This document shows, in pieces, positions 11,191 through 21,263 of a stretch of DNA of 64,000 nucleotides. The stretch is from the NCBI GenBank assembly GCA_047285535.1, contig JBJBDC010000001.1, positions 704,136-768,135 of the forward strand. The letters run 5' to 3'. Made by a program: the position numbers and the translations under genes. How positions within the stretch are numbered: position 1 is the first letter of the stretch; each line of letters opens with the position of its first letter. Under the pieces are notes generated by a model, which saw only the letters and a program-made list of their open reading frames with translations, had not been told where the DNA came from and ran no database searches. Source of the DNA: Synechococcus sp. Its GTDB lineage: Bacteria; Cyanobacteriota; Cyanobacteriia; PCC-6307; Cyanobiaceae.

Positions 11191-11812
11191 GGAATCAACT
11201 ACCTAAGTTAGTTGAGAGCTGACTGGTTGATGACGACCGAAATCTCCAACAGGATCGAGCAGAACAAGCGCAGATAAGCCTTTGCGCTGTACCCGATTCT
11301 CAGATGGTTGAACCATTGGGAAAACCATGATCAAGCGCGATGGATAGCAATAGTGACAAAATGTTCTTCTCCATCAACGCCACATCATTGAGACTCTCCA
11401 CAGGTGAAACACCCAAGGACAAGACCGTAAATCTAACAACATCTAGTGCAGAATTATATCTGAATGGTTCCATCAGAGACCTTCCATCAGAACAGCTGCA
11501 TCGGAACACCTCCATCGGAAACCTGCGATCGGAGGCGTGGCATCTGAAACCAAATATAATGACCTAGCGACTAGAACACAATTACAAAAATTTCAAGTCA
11601 AGCAATGCTCAATCGAAGCAATCATAATATATCTTCCCAGGCATTTCGACATCAATTAATGCAATAACAGCAAAAATCAAATGCGCAATAATACAACCAA
11701 TAGCGAGCACAACAAGCCATATGAATCCGGAATTAATTCACACCACTAAATCACATATTCATTCCATCTATTGACTCCAGTGGCATGGTTCATCACATGC
11801 ATTAGCACGTCG

Positions 11813-12613
11813 TCACTCAGCAAACTTACCGGAACGTTGTGTTACGACTTTTGGCCAGAGAAGGCTAAAGGCTGGATCCCGCAGGCCAAAAACAGTGTCA
11901 AGAACTTCACAGAATTGGTCTGCATTGTTGATGAGTATCTTCTCCCGACCCGGAAGCATAAGCACCCTGCCAATCAACACTTTCATTCCTTGACTGATTT
12001 CTGGTTGCATACAGATCAGGTTCTTTCGAAAAATGGAGTTGGCATCGGCCTGGAGCCGTCGACAAGTCCGTTCCAAAAGCTGTTCATCTGCAGGGTGTGC
12101 AGGCAGAAAATCAAAATCAGAGGGGACATGTCCTGGATGATTATGAAATCGCCAAAATCCGTGTTCAAGTCGTTCCAACTGATACGTACGATCAGATTGA
12201 ATCTGCTCACCTTCCACCAGCCTTAAGGGCTCAAGTATTCCGTCTCCAATGCCAGTATCAGCAATCATCTGTTCATCAAAATCAACACGAAGGACAAGAT
12301 GATTTCCCATGGTCACATCACCCATCAGCGAACGTGACATACCGGCCTGAACTCTCGTCACCTTAAATCCAATCGTCTCAAGAGCCCAAGACAGAAGACC
12401 ATTCATTTCATAACACCAACCACCACGATGCCGTTCAACAATTTTTTCAAAGATATGCTGAGAATTGAGATCAAGAGGCCGTTCTAGATGAACATCAAGA
12501 TTTTCATAAGGAATCTTCAAAAGATGCTGTTTGTGGATGCCACAGAGGCATTCGCATGTGGGCTCCACCGGACCAGTATAGTCAATTCTCTCTAAATAAT
12601 CCTTAATTTGCAT
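11813..12613 (-). CDS. nat: Arylamine N-acetyltransferase
   Basis: YLERIDY, IPYENLDV, RGGWCYEMN (Cys), NHLVL (His), ADTGIG (Asp) catalytic triad. Confidence 0.9.
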   Translation of the reverse strand: MQIKDYLERIDYTGPVEPTCECLCGIHKQHLLKIPYENLDVHLERPLDLNSQHIFEKIVERHRGGWCYEMNGLLSWALETIGFKVTRVQAGMSRSLMGDVTMGNHLVLRVDFDEQMIADTGIGDGILEPLRLVEGEQIQSDRTYQLERLEHGFWRFHNHPGHVPSDFDFLPAHPADEQLLERTCRRLQADANSIFRKNLICMQPEISQGMKVLIGRVLMLPGREKILINNADQFCEVLDTVFGLRDPAFSLLWPKVVTQRSGKFAE

Positions 12614-13113
12614 TATTCGTATGTTTCCATTTTGTTGTCGTTATCAAGTCAGTAACTCCTTGATTGGATACAGATCTTTGCTGTGGAAATATAGCCAGAA
12701 ATGAGTCAAAGAGAAACCTCGCCATCACTGCTCAGCATGAGCATCTCCGAAGCAAGTCACTTGCTCGGTAGACTTGAGAATAAGGCATGATTCATATCAA
12801 TCAGTTTAGCCAAAGGACAACACAGACACAATGATCTTTAGAGACCAGGGACTGTATCGGGGGTTGATCATTCTCCTCATCAGAACACAACGGTCAATGC
12901 GTTCAGAGTGACGATCTGATCTACTAGTGAAGGGTAGTCTTAAGTTTACTGATCACGATTCAACTGCTAGGCAAAAAGTCCATGCAGTCGCTCCATCCAT
13001 CACCAATGTTGAGCAACAGATGGAGTCGAATGATGAGAATGTCCCAAGACCGGTCCCATTGGTGCTGTCAACTCGTGTTCAGTTGTGATGTCACCAAAGA
13101 ATGGGGCCTGTCT

Positions 13114-16100
13114 TCAAGTCAACAGAATTTGCTCGAGGCCAATTTGCCCAGTCCGAATTTCGACGGCCAGATCGGTCCCAATGGCAGACAGCATCCATGA
13201 GCTTGGATTCATCTGCTCTAACTGGATGACATCTGCAGCCAAGTTGAGGGCGCTCAGGTCGATTCGATCATCAGCGGCGAAGCCAATGATTTCGTCTGGA
13301 TTGACCCAAGTTGAATCATTGATTGATTGGAAAACAAAGGAGTCAACACCATCTCCTCCGACGAGGTGATCCCCTCCCAATCCCCCGATCAATGTGTCGT
13401 TCCCTTCCAGAGCCTCCATTCGGTCATCGGCATCTGTTCCGATCAATACATCCACCCCTGGAGTACCAAGAATGGGAAGCATGGCAAGATCACTGGAATA
13501 GGGCTGGGAGATCCCTGTAGGAATCGGGCGCACCGCATTACCGTCAATCCCGGCAAACAGAGGTGTGTTTTGCAGAGCATCCACTTCTCTCCTTGCAAAC
13601 CCATCCACCTGCTGACCATTGGGAGCCGTCTCCTCCCATGGAAGGTGGATGTGGTCGGCATGCATGCTCCACCCCGGAGCGAATCCAGCTTCATCATTTC
13701 GGAAACTGAGATCTACCTCGCTGGCCTCTCGAAGCCGTCGATTCAGTTCACTGCCCTCTTCAGGCAGATTCATGTAATCGGAGCTCACCAGATGCAGATT
13801 GTTGTCGATACGGCCGTAGTGAATCTGAAGCTGAAGTTGGGGGATCAATAGGGGGTGCTCATCCGAACCAGCACCGAAGGCGAGATGACTTTTATGGTCA
13901 CTGCTATCGAGCTGTTCGCCATTCCAGTGGTCCTGAAAGAGAAGCACAGCCTGCAGGGGGAGATCACGCCACTCATCACCGAGCGGAATGTGGTCATAGG
14001 AAGCAGATTCACCGATGTAATTCCAAAACACCTGGGCTCTGGATTGCCTCTCCATGGGGCGTGCTGATCCAGTAATCATTTTCAGTCCGGTGGGCATATT
14101 CACCAGCTGATTAGGATCATTGGGCGACAGCACGCTGTAGTAGGCAATCGATGTGGCCTTTGGGGTGATGTAGCTCCATTCACCTCCAAGTCCATCCGCT
14201 CCCTCATCGATCAGGCTGGGAGCCCAGTAGGTGGAGAGATTATTACTGGGTTGTGCTGCGGTACTGCCGGCAGCCAGTAAAGAGCTGACCGTAGAGTTTT
14301 CATCCGTGCTGGTGTTCGCAAAGAAATCATGGGCATGCATGAAATTCGCATTTCCAGGGGCAACGATCGGATCGGCTGTGGCCCTGTGACTGAAGGCAAT
14401 GGTTGAGAGGAATTCCCCCTGAGAGAAACCCGTTACGTCGAAGGGATTGATCTGGTCAGGAGATGGTTGAGAAGCATTCGACTCGTTGGCTGTGCCAATC
14501 AACTGATCCCCATCCAGATCCTTCAGGAAGAGGATTTCATTGCTCGCCACTGGGGTGTCTCCAGGTCCCTCCTCTCCGATGAAATAACCATTGTCATCAA
14601 GGATCCAGCCGAAGTCGCCCCATTGCTGACTTCGATCGAGAACACGGAGACGACCCAGATCATCCACTGCCGCTGCAACAAGTTGAGCCTGCCCACGCTC
14701 AACTGGAACCTCATCGCTCCAGTAGTCGTCGTTTCGCTGGATCACCACTGGATCATCCTCGCCTTTCTGCACATAGGCCAGGCCTGTGCTCTCATCCACC
14801 AGCAGACGTGCGCTACCGGAATCTGAGATCAACGTCAGATTCAGATTCAAGGTTGAATCTGTCTCAGGTGGAGATGGTGGAGGTGATTGATCAGCGATCG
14901 GCTCAAGATCTGTGGATACTTCTTCTGTGCCAATCAACTGATCCCCATCCAGATCCTTCAGGAAGAGGATTTCATTGCTCGCCACTGTGGTGTCTCCAGG
15001 TCCCTCCTCTCCGATGAAATAACCATTGTCATCAAGGATCCAGCCGAAGTCGCCCCATTGCTGACTTCGATCGAGAACACGGAGACGACCCAGATCATCC
15101 ACTGCCGCTGCAACAAGTTGAGCCTGCCCACGCTCAACTGGAACCTCATCGCTCCAGTAGTCGTCGTTTCGCTGGATCACCACTGGATCATCCTCGCCTT
15201 TCTGCACATAGGCCAGGCCTGTGCTCTCATCCACCAGCAGACGTGCGCTACCGGAATCTGAGATCAACGTCAGATTCAGATTCAAGGTTGAATCTGTCTC
15301 AGGTGGAGATGGTGGAGGTGATTGATCAGCGATCGGCTCAAGATCTGTGGATACTTCTTCTGTGCCAATCAACTGATCCCCATCCAGATCCTTCAGGAAG
15401 AGGATTTCATTGCTCGCCACTGTGGTGTCTCCAGGTCCCTCCTCTCCGATGAAATAACCATTGTCATCAAGGATCCAGCCGAAGTCGCCCCATTGCTGAC
15501 TTCGATCGAGAACACGGAGACGACCCAGATCATCCACTGCCGCTGCAACAAGTTGAGCCTGCCCACGCTCAACTGGAACCTCATCGCTCCAGTAGTCGTC
15601 GTTTCGCTGGATCACCACTGGATCATCCTCGCCTTTCTGCACATAGGCCAGGCCTGTGCTCTCATCCACCAGCAGACGTGCGCTACCGGAATCTGAGATC
15701 AACGTCAGATTCAGATTCAAGGTTGAATCTGTCGCAGGAGCTGAGATCAATAGAGAGTTGATACTCCCATCAAACTTTGCATTACCAAGGCCAAGTTCAT
15801 TGCCTTCAGTGAACAGCCCCCAGTAATCATCAGGGCCTTTCCATGATTCATCACTAAAATTAAAATAAAACATATTATCAAAAACTGCCGCATCACTGGC
15901 GATGTATTGGTCAACATTTTGGAAATAAGTTTCCATATTGATGGCGTTGGTGACTTCCTCTGCATAACCGCCGCTTTGCCATCCTGTTTCACCCAAAATC
16001 AATGGCGTATCATTAAGATTGAAGCCATCTAGAACACTACGGAACAAAGCTTCATCTGTTTTTAAGACCTCCAATTGGCGTTGAGGCGTCCATTCAGGAT

Positions 16101-17088
16101 TCAATCGATTATCAAAAAAACCTGCATACGAATGCACATTGATGTAATCAAGATCCTGAAGAAGTGCTTCCCCTTGCTGGCTCCAGAAACTGCTTTCAGG
16201 CCTTAACGTTTCCCCCGCAAAATTATAAGTAATTAATAAATCACTGCGTTCACGAAACATCTGGACATGCTCGCGAACATCGGAAACCTGCAGAGCACTG
16301 GGATTCCAGTCAGCTAGTTGTTCATTCCCAAGGCTTAATCCCAGAATGTGTTGTTCATAAGGTTGAATAACGTCCAGGGCTTGGTCGATTAATTGCTCTG
16401 CATTACTTCCATTCGTGATATAAATCCCTGCCTGGACCTTCAGATCAAGATCCATCTGATCGATCGCCGCCAGGATTCGTCCTGTGTAGTCATTGGTTCC
16501 CCACGTGCGGATCGTGTCAAATCCCAGGGATGAGACCTCCTGAAGAGCCGATTCAAGCCGCTGCTGAGTGAGCCATTGCCCCTGCGAATCCACTGAAAAT
16601 CCGATTCCCCGGCGACCGTCCCAGAACTGTCTCGATGCTGCGTCCAGAATCGGAAAACTGTCTGATATTGCAGTCTCAGGTAATGCAGGGGTCGTGGATG
16701 AATCAGCACTGGCCTGAACAAGGTCTTCTGCAGAAGCATTAACAAATGGACTGATCAGATCTTCACCCATCACACTGAATTCCGTGGTGGCTGAAACCGC
16801 TGATCCGTCTGAAGCGCTCGCCACCACCACAAGACGGTACGTTCCTCCCGCTGGTGGAGAAACGGATAGTCGCCAGTGTCCATCAGAAGCAACAACCGAA
16901 CCTGTATGGCTCATCGCCTCCCCGAACTCACCATTCGGCCGCCAATATTGTCCGGACTCAAGGTGAAGAATCGACACCTCAACGGGAGTACCAATACTGC
17001 GACCTGGTAGTGAGCCGTATATACCTGTTGCGACGCCCGTCCACATGACAACGTCATCATTGGGCCAGATCAAAAGGTCTTGGATCAT
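13114..17088 (-). CDS. Large RTX-type secreted protein: Ig-like + GH17-like glycoside hydrolase + 3 Trp-rich repeats + DUF1996 + serralysin-like C-terminal secretion domain
   Basis: GH17 motifs IRTWG, LGNE, INVHSY, GETGW; repeat units end KDLDGDQLIG; DUF1996 motifs DPIVAPG, HAHDFF, STYWAPSL, MHAD; C-terminal GNDTLIGGLGGDHLVGGDGVDSFVF...DRIDLSAL. Confidence 0.8.
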   Translation of the reverse strand: MIQDLLIWPNDDVVMWTGVATGIYGSLPGRSIGTPVEVSILHLESGQYWRPNGEFGEAMSHTGSVVASDGHWRLSVSPPAGGTYRLVVVASASDGSAVSATTEFSVMGEDLISPFVNASAEDLVQASADSSTTPALPETAISDSFPILDAASRQFWDGRRGIGFSVDSQGQWLTQQRLESALQEVSSLGFDTIRTWGTNDYTGRILAAIDQMDLDLKVQAGIYITNGSNAEQLIDQALDVIQPYEQHILGLSLGNEQLADWNPSALQVSDVREHVQMFRERSDLLITYNFAGETLRPESSFWSQQGEALLQDLDYINVHSYAGFFDNRLNPEWTPQRQLEVLKTDEALFRSVLDGFNLNDTPLILGETGWQSGGYAEEVTNAINMETYFQNVDQYIASDAAVFDNMFYFNFSDESWKGPDDYWGLFTEGNELGLGNAKFDGSINSLLISAPATDSTLNLNLTLISDSGSARLLVDESTGLAYVQKGEDDPVVIQRNDDYWSDEVPVERGQAQLVAAAVDDLGRLRVLDRSQQWGDFGWILDDNGYFIGEEGPGDTTVASNEILFLKDLDGDQLIGTEEVSTDLEPIADQSPPPSPPETDSTLNLNLTLISDSGSARLLVDESTGLAYVQKGEDDPVVIQRNDDYWSDEVPVERGQAQLVAAAVDDLGRLRVLDRSQQWGDFGWILDDNGYFIGEEGPGDTTVASNEILFLKDLDGDQLIGTEEVSTDLEPIADQSPPPSPPETDSTLNLNLTLISDSGSARLLVDESTGLAYVQKGEDDPVVIQRNDDYWSDEVPVERGQAQLVAAAVDDLGRLRVLDRSQQWGDFGWILDDNGYFIGEEGPGDTPVASNEILFLKDLDGDQLIGTANESNASQPSPDQINPFDVTGFSQGEFLSTIAFSHRATADPIVAPGNANFMHAHDFFANTSTDENSTVSSLLAAGSTAAQPSNNLSTYWAPSLIDEGADGLGGEWSYITPKATSIAYYSVLSPNDPNQLVNMPTGLKMITGSARPMERQSRAQVFWNYIGESASYDHIPLGDEWRDLPLQAVLLFQDHWNGEQLDSSDHKSHLAFGAGSDEHPLLIPQLQLQIHYGRIDNNLHLVSSDYMNLPEEGSELNRRLREASEVDLSFRNDEAGFAPGWSMHADHIHLPWEETAPNGQQVDGFARREVDALQNTPLFAGIDGNAVRPIPTGISQPYSSDLAMLPILGTPGVDVLIGTDADDRMEALEGNDTLIGGLGGDHLVGGDGVDSFVFQSINDSTWVNPDEIIGFAADDRIDLSALNLAADVIQLEQMNPSSWMLSAIGTDLAVEIRTGQIGLEQILLT
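14491..15733. repeat. Intragenic tandem repeat, 435-bp period (145 aa), 2.86 copies
   Basis: Copies start at 14491, 14926 and 15361; I saw only one substitution (cactggggtg vs cactgtggtg, Pro/Thr). Confidence 0.97.
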
Positions 17089-17371
17089 GCATCTGCGTGG
17101 ATCAAGGCCACGAGAACAACATCCTCACGTTGCGCCCATCTGAAGACGAAGATCTGACTCAATCCTTGAAACGTATGACTGAATTTGACCAGAGACATCA
17201 ACCGAAAAGCCTGCCCCTGCGACAGGGCAAAAGAGGTCGATGGATCAAAAGCTGATCAAATGATCTCGAAGCGGGCTGAGACGACACAAGATCGGCAAAT
17301 GTCTTGAATTTGGCTCAAATTGATAGCTAAGTATCTACATACGGCAACTAGGTGTACCGGCTTTGGTACAG

Positions 17372-18094
17372 CTAAACAGCGCCAGACAGCACCAGTTGCC
17401 TTGGTTGTGCACCAGCCGATTGAAGTGACGAGAGAGGGTCAAGACTGACCAACAGTTGCGATGCAGCGTCTGTGGGTTGGGATGGAATCATCATGACTAC
17501 GTTGCCGCCCTTGTCGGGATGGAAGAGTACACAGCCTTTTATCCCATCAGGTGTGACTGCCCAGAGGCGATAGAGTCGTCCCTCCGGTGCTTGAGGGAGA
17601 CGATTTAAAGTGAGGAGATTGCTTGGTTGACCCGGGCGGATGAGCACCTCTCCAAAAACATTTTGCATCTCTCCATCTGTCGTTGCATGCAGCGACACGG
17701 CTTGATCGGCTGGATGTCGTGCCATCAATGGGTGTTCAGATTGCAGCCTGGCCAGCTGAAGCTTGGAACGATATAGCTCTCCACCGGTAACGGCGAGAAG
17801 CAAGAGCAGGCCTCCAATCAGCCAATTTTTTGGAGTCACTGTATGGCTTCGACGTGCTGACTCAAGTAGCCGTTCCCGCACAGCATCCGATAGAGGAGGA
17901 GCCACATGGTGTTCCAATCGACTCTGCGTTGTGATCAGTTCCTGCAGCTGGGATTGTTCCTCAGCTGACAATGGCCCGCCGCCGGACAGAGCGATCTTTT
18001 CCTCAGGACTCAGGTTGCCGAGCACCTTGCCAGCGAGCAATTCATCGCGCTTGATGCCGTCTTCGGGGTCGTAGAAGCGTGCTTGAGGCATCAA
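17372..18094 (-). CDS. Anti-sigma factor, RskA-like
   Basis: ELLAGKVLGNLSPEE N-terminal domain, one TM helix, C-terminal LPQAPEGRLYRLWA; overlaps the sigma stop. Confidence 0.8.
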   Translation of the reverse strand: MMPQARFYDPEDGIKRDELLAGKVLGNLSPEEKIALSGGGPLSAEEQSQLQELITTQSRLEHHVAPPLSDAVRERLLESARRSHTVTPKNWLIGGLLLLLAVTGGELYRSKLQLARLQSEHPLMARHPADQAVSLHATTDGEMQNVFGEVLIRPGQPSNLLTLNRLPQAPEGRLYRLWAVTPDGIKGCVLFHPDKGGNVVMMIPSQPTDAASQLLVSLDPLSSLQSAGAQPRQLVLSGAV

Positions 18095-18603
18095 CTCTCC
18101 TCCTGGGAGGCAAGGGCATTGCGCAGTTTGAGCAAAGCCCTTCGGCTGATGCTCTTGACCGTTCCAAGAGGCAGTTGCAGCGCGGCTGCAATGGCACTCT
18201 GGCTGATCTCTTGGCGATAGTTCATGGTGAGAATCTGTTGTTCACGGGTTGAGAGCTCGGCCAGGGCCCGTTCGAGACTGACGCAAGTATCAACAGCCTG
18301 AAGATCAATGGGATCGTGCTGACCATGGCCAGGGCGGAAGCTCTCGAGAATTTGGCGACGGTTGCGTCGTTTCTTGATCCTGTTGATACCCATTGATCTC
18401 GTGAGCAACAGCAGGTAATGACGGATGGACCCACGATCCGGATTGAAGCCACCGCGCTGAAGACGGAGAAACACGTCATGGGTGAGATCCTCAGCCTCCT
18501 GTCGTTGAGACAGAAGGCTGAAGGCAAGACGGTGCACCGCAGCGGCATGATCGTCGTACAGGCGGGCCAGTTCTTCCGGGCTGATGGCATCCTTAGAACT
18601 CAC
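18091..18603 (-). CDS. ECF (group 4) sigma-70 factor, SigK-like
   Basis: LARLYD, AEDLTHDVF, FNPDRGS, SQSAIAAALQLPLGTVKS..RRAL. Start placed at GTG 18603, which gives a GTGA overlap with the ccdA stop. Confidence 0.88.
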   Translation of the reverse strand: MSSKDAISPEELARLYDDHAAAVHRLAFSLLSQRQEAEDLTHDVFLRLQRGGFNPDRGSIRHYLLLLTRSMGINRIKKRRNRRQILESFRPGHGQHDPIDLQAVDTCVSLERALAELSTREQQILTMNYRQEISQSAIAAALQLPLGTVKSISRRALLKLRNALASQEES

Positions 18604-19448
18604 ATCTGGGCCTGTAGAAACAGATCCTGGAGTCCTGTCCAGAGATAAACCGTACCAAAAGCTAAAAGAACCATGGCACTGATCCCCGAGATCTGGTCGC
18701 CTCGTTGGAGCAGACGGCGGCGCAGACCACCCAGTTCCACTCCCAGACCCGCCAGCAAAATCACCATGCTGTAACCAAGGGCGTATAACACCATCGATAC
18801 CACAGCCAGAGGGGGTGATCCAACTGCAGCGGAGGCACTGAGCACTGCAGCAAGAACCGGACTGGCGCAGGGGGAAGTCACCAGGGCAAAGGTCAATCCA
18901 ATCAGGAACGGACCTGATGACAACCTGTTGATCCATGTCTTTTCAGCAAAGACTCCAAGATTGAGACGATGCCAGGACAGATGCGGTCCCCAACCCTTCA
19001 GCTGAAGTGCCATGGCAATCACGATGACCCCTGCAGCGGTCAACAAAACCCCACGATGATCAATGATCAGTGCTCCTGCCAGTGAAGTGAAATATCCCAA
19101 GATGGTGTAGGCCGTGACCACTCCAAGAGCAAACTGCAGCACTGTTCCAGGATTGGGGCGTTGCTGCTGTTGAGCACCGAGATAGGAAAGCTGAACAGGA
19201 AGAAGAGCAAGGACACAGGGAGAGACACTGGCGATCAGCCCACCTGTGAAGGCCAGCAGCGGAAGCCCTAGAACAGCCCAGCTACTGCTATCGGTCCAAC
19301 GTGTAACCCACTCGGCATAACGTTGACTGCTGGACAGGACAACCATTTCAAGATGACCTGCAGAGGCCGTTACGACGGCTGCGATTACAGCGAGCAATAA
19401 CAGCAGAATTAAACGTGACGACCAACGCGTTTGACTGAGAGCTGACAT
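18600..19448 (-). CDS. ccdA: CcdA/DsbD-type membrane thiol-disulfide electron transporter
   Basis: Two PC motifs (SVSPCVL, TSPCASPVL) and multiple TM helices. Confidence 0.88.
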   Translation of the reverse strand: MSALSQTRWSSRLILLLLLAVIAAVVTASAGHLEMVVLSSSQRYAEWVTRWTDSSSWAVLGLPLLAFTGGLIASVSPCVLALLPVQLSYLGAQQQQRPNPGTVLQFALGVVTAYTILGYFTSLAGALIIDHRGVLLTAAGVIVIAMALQLKGWGPHLSWHRLNLGVFAEKTWINRLSSGPFLIGLTFALVTSPCASPVLAAVLSASAAVGSPPLAVVSMVLYALGYSMVILLAGLGVELGGLRRRLLQRGDQISGISAMVLLAFGTVYLWTGLQDLFLQAQM

Positions 19449-19454
19449 TGGCCT

Positions 19455-19931
19455 TCAGCGACGCATCAGTGAACGTGTTGTGTAGATCGCTTTGATGTAG
19501 GGCTCAATCTCGGTCTGAGCCAAGAAGGTCCGAGTGGAGAGGCCGGTTCGAGGATCGAGGATGCTGACCAGGCTGGTCTGGCTGCGATGGTTCTTAAAAA
19601 ACTGCCCCAGGCCTAGTTTCTCGGCCCGTGCTGCAGACCGTTGCGCAGCAGCTGAGGTTGAAACATCGAAGCGGATCCAGGTCAAGGCATCTCCTTCCTT
19701 CTGATGGATGGTCTTCAGCACTGGCTTCAGCTGCTTACAGGCTGTACACCAGGATGCATAAATTTCCACCATCACAGGCTTGCCCTGAAGTGATGGAGCC
19801 AGAGCACTGGCAGCACGAGCCGTTGGCGTGAACGAAGCCATCATGGTCAATTCAGCCAATGGAAGCAAAGTTGATGTGAGTGGAAGAATGGCAGCAGAGA
19901 GCAGTACAGGGAGTAAGGCGCGTTGGTTCAA
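19455..19931 (-). CDS. Exported thioredoxin-domain protein
   Basis: Hydrophobic leader, GKPVMVEIYASWCTAC. Confidence 0.85.
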   Translation of the reverse strand: MNQRALLPVLLSAAILPLTSTLLPLAELTMMASFTPTARAASALAPSLQGKPVMVEIYASWCTACKQLKPVLKTIHQKEGDALTWIRFDVSTSAAAQRSAARAEKLGLGQFFKNHRSQTSLVSILDPRTGLSTRTFLAQTEIEPYIKAIYTTRSLMRR

Positions 19932-19957
19932 GGCAACAAACGAATTACTGAAAGTCC

Positions 19958-19985
19958 ATACAGGTCAACACCCTGATCGGATTCA
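19958..19985 (-). promoter_or_regulatory. Candidate ECF sigma promoter TGAATCC-N16-TGTAT
   Basis: Lies 26 nt upstream of the thioredoxin start; resembles TGATCC...CGTA promoters of SigK/RpoE-ChrR-type ECFs. Confidence 0.45.
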
Positions 19986-20401
19986 CCTGCGCAAAATGAA
20001 TGGTCTGCTAACTCTTTAGCTGCTCTTGAACACGCGAGCCATTGTTTGCATCATTGCTGATAGATCGAGGATCATCACTGCACGGCATCCAACAGCAAAC
20101 CTTTAGCAGGATGTTCTGAAGCAGATTTGATCAACCCTGCTGAAGGATTAAAGACTTCATCGTCTACAGATTGGTGCCCGTTTCAATGGGACTGAATCGT
20201 GTAGCAATTGGTCACACGAACGTAGGTGCGCCAAGCAAGGTCGCTCAGAACAGAACGACAGTCCATCAAGTTCCGATAGGCAAACAGCTGGCACCTAGGC
20301 CGATCAACGAGTCCAACCGGACCATCGTCTGAATTCAACTGCCTTCATGGCTGATGGAATTGATTCTGTTTACGATCTCATCAGACCCCCCATTCAAAGA
20401 G

Positions 20402-20617
20402 ATGAGTCAAAGTCAGGATGCGAGGCGTCATGACGAGGATCAACGTCATCGCACTCAATCAACACCCTTAAAGGTTGAGCAAGAAAAAAACCGCAGTGTG
20501 AACCATCTTCCAAACGATGCCATTAGCCCTGAAGAGCTGAAAAAGCTCAATGAGCAAACCGATTCACGACTCAACGAACAGGGCCCAGCTTCGTTTCGGG
20601 AAGGACATCACTCATGA
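20402..20617 (+). CDS. Small hydrophilic hypothetical protein
   Basis: Open frame (track start 20354; ATG 20402 preferred); ATGA overlap with the next ORF. Confidence 0.5.
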   Translation: MSQSQDARRHDEDQRHRTQSTPLKVEQEKNRSVNHLPNDAISPEELKKLNEQTDSRLNEQGPASFREGHHS

Positions 20618-20823
20618 GCAACGAACATCATCAAAGCGGCCGCAGACCCAACAAAGCGGAGCTTGAACGGCTTCAACCTGACCATCGCGACAAACAGCCG
20701 CTGAAGAAGGGAAACGAAAACGAGCGTCGAAATCAGCCGAACACCAGCAAACAAGACCATCAACACTCAGGACTAACGCCTATGGAAGAAGTTCGACGGA
20801 TTGACACTGAAACAGCAGATTGA
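20614..20823 (+). CDS. Small hydrophilic hypothetical protein
   Basis: ATGA-coupled to the previous ORF; charged, disordered composition. Confidence 0.5.
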   Translation: MSNEHHQSGRRPNKAELERLQPDHRDKQPLKKGNENERRNQPNTSKQDHQHSGLTPMEEVRRIDTETAD

Positions 20824-21263
20824 CGGGCTCGGCAGGTTGAAGCCTTCAATCGCTGGATAGAAGTTGGGAGGATTTTGAACACCATTGAGCCTTAGATCGC
20901 CCTTAAAATAGATCAGCAACTCATTAGGCTTCACAAACTATCCGTGGAATTTGGCATTGTTGAATGCGGTTGCACATTCATACGATCGGCTAAATCCAAA
21001 ACCGATAACTATCAAGAATATGAATAGCAACGTCTGAATCAATAACAGATTAGATACTGCGATGTGCTAATTCGCTCTTTCAGCTTGATGGAAGTGCAAC
21101 GAGCAGGCGTCATTAAATCTGAAGGATCATGAGGCGTTCATAGCCGCAGCTGGATCCAAAGCTGAGACTTGCAAGAGTGTTCAACTCAATCTGAAAGAAC
21201 AAATGGCTAGACCTGCAGGGAAGAGCTCCATATGCTGAGTGGAAGTGTCGTGTACTGGTCCTG

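Noticed and set aside
14491..15733. Repeats as a CRISPR array or mobile element
   Set aside because: The units are 435 bp, contiguous, in frame within a CDS, and have no spacers
18604..18936. N-terminal extension of the sigma factor (281-aa track ORF)
   Set aside because: Overlaps ccdA out of frame; GTG 18603 gives a normal 170-aa ECF
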